Part shown: positions 62,300 to 64,000 of the stretch, piece after piece
How positions within the stretch are numbered: position 1 is the stretch's first letter
How the letters are laid out: each line of letters opens with the position of its first letter
NCBI RefSeq assembly: GCF_004010195.1
Contig: NC_057755.1
Location: 288,399-352,398 of the forward strand
Reading direction: 5' to 3'
From: Chiloscyllium plagiosum
Lineage: Eukaryota
Length of the DNA: 64,000 nt
The notes under the pieces: model-generated
The model's input: only the letters and a program-made list of their open reading frames with translations
What the model was told of the DNA's origin: nothing
Databases searched by the model: none
Program-made: the position numbers and the translations under genes

Positions 62300-63575
62300 A
62301 GTAATAGAGATATACAGCATCGAAACAGACCCGCTAGCCTGAATCATCCGTATCGACCAGATATCCTAAATTAATCTGGTCCCATTGGCCCCCATTTCCC
62401 TCTCAACCCTTTCTATTCAATTAACAAATCAGCTATCGTCTAAATACTGTAAAGGCCCAGCATCCAACATTCCTTCTGGCAGTTCATTCCATACACAAGC
62501 CACACTCTGCATGAAATTTATAACCCTTACGTGCCTTATAAAAATTTCCCATCTCATCTTAAACGTATGCCCTCTTATTATGGACTCTCCCACCCTAGGG
62601 AAAATACCTTGTCTATTTACTCTCTCCATGCCCCTCCTGTTTTTATAAAACTCCATAAGATCACCCCTCATCATCCAACTGTCCAGGGAAAACAATCCCA
62701 GCCTGTTCATCCTGTCCATTTCGCCCCAACTCTCCAATCCTGTCAACAGCCTTTCTTTTCTGCAACCCTTCGAAGTTGCACAACATCCTCCTTCTAGGAG
62801 TGAGACTACAAATAGAGTCGTAGAGTCACAGAGATGTACAGTAGAGCAACAGACATTTCGGTTCAAACTCTTCCATGTTGACCCGATATTCCAACCCAAT
62901 CTCGTCCCACCTGCCAGCACAGGGCACATATGCGTCCATACCCTTCCTGTTCTTATATCCATCCAGATGTCTTTTAAACATTGCAACCGTATTAACCTCC
63001 ACCATTTCCACTGGCAGCTCATTCCATACACGTGCCACCCTCTGTGTTAAAACGCTGCCTCTTAGGTCTCTTTTTATATAATTCCCTCTCACCAAAACTA
63101 TGCACTCCAGTTCTGTACTCCCCCACCCCAGGGAGGAGGTTTTGTTTCTTTATCCTTTCCACGACTTCACGATTTATAAACCTCTAATGCAAAAGACGCC
63201 TCACTAATGTCCTGCATAGTCACAACATGACCTCTCAATTCCTACGCACAATGCTCTGACCAATAAAGGGGAGCATACCAAACCTCTTCTTTGAGATGTG
63301 ATTTTCAACGACTATTAACCTTCACTACAAGGTATCTTTGTTCAGCAAAACTTTCCACTTACCATTACGTGGACATGTCCTGCCCTGATTTGCCTTTACA
63401 AATTGCAGCACCTCAACTTACCTAAATAAAACTCCATCTACGACTCCTCGGCCATTGGCCCATCTGATCAAATTCCTTTGTACCGTGAGGTAATCTTCAC
63501 TGTCCACTGGTTTCATTTGCAAACTGAATATACCTCCTATGTGCACATCCAAATTATTGATATAAATGATGAAAG
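62300..63575 (-). mobile_element. Nested CR1-clade LINE 3' fragments
   Basis: MNRLGLFSLDSWMMRGDLMEFYK, VLTQRVARVWNELPVEMVEV, and a second (GACTCT)-type tail at about 62810-62830. Confidence 0.88.
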
Positions 63576-63579
63576 ATAG

Positions 63580-64000
63580 TTGTGGTTATGGGGGGTTCGT
63601 CACCTCAACTCCAGGAGATCTCTGCAGGAGTTTATTAGGGTAGTGTCCGAGGCCCAACACACTTCAGTTGCTTCATTAATGATTTTCTTTCTGTCATTAG
63701 GTCAGAAGTGGAGATGTTTCCCGATGTTCTGCACAGTGTTCAGAACAATTCTGGACTCGTCAGATACTGATACAGTCCGTGCTCAATTGCAACATGTTCT
63801 GGACAATATTCAGATTTGGGCGAACAAGTGGCAAATAACATTCGGCCACACAAGGGCCAGACAATGACCGTCACCAGAAAGAGACACTCTAAACACTGCC
63901 CCTTGACATTCAACTGTATTACAATCACTGAGTCCCCCACTGTCAAGAATCGTTGGGTTACCATTGACCAGAAACTCGACTGGACCCACCACATAAACAC
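63580..64000 (+). mobile_element. Non-LTR retrotransposon RT fragment (CR1/L2 supergroup, a different family)
   Basis: QEISAGVY*GSVRGPTHFSCFINDFLSVIRSEVEMFPD (PQGSVLGP...FADD-like) and QHVLDNIQIWANKWQITF. A related piece lies at about 56940-57330. Confidence 0.8.

Overview
This is eukaryotic, repeat-dense DNA with three N gaps (3909-4408, 36409-36908, 53880-54085). The repeat set (V-SINE/HE1-like, Deu-domain/SacSINE1-like, CR1/HER1-like, Tx1, Rex1, Penelope-like) points to a cartilaginous fish, probably a shark; this is an inference. I found no intact protein-coding gene. The window is a decaying cluster of two-exon, rhodopsin-class GPCR genes of the GPR139/GPR142-like type. Four disabled exon-2 copies lie on the minus strand (about 4.5-5.4, 22.4-23.3, 40.0-40.3 and 60.6-61.5 kb), plus one orphan coding exon 1 at 45679-45745. 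Three of the copies sit in diverged tandem segmental duplications of about 17-20 kb. A young inverted duplication with arms of about 3.9 kb flanks the first copy. The most striking small-scale structure is a family of about 170-230 bp palindromic, non-autonomous Penelope-derived inserts with 13-15 bp target-site duplications. Their centre carries a minimal hammerhead-ribozyme-like core (CUGAAGA-A-GGGC/loop/GCCC-GAAAC-GUC). Nearly all ORFs in the supplied track are spurious or are transposon remnants. Family names come from recalled motifs, not from database searches, and most boundaries are approximate.
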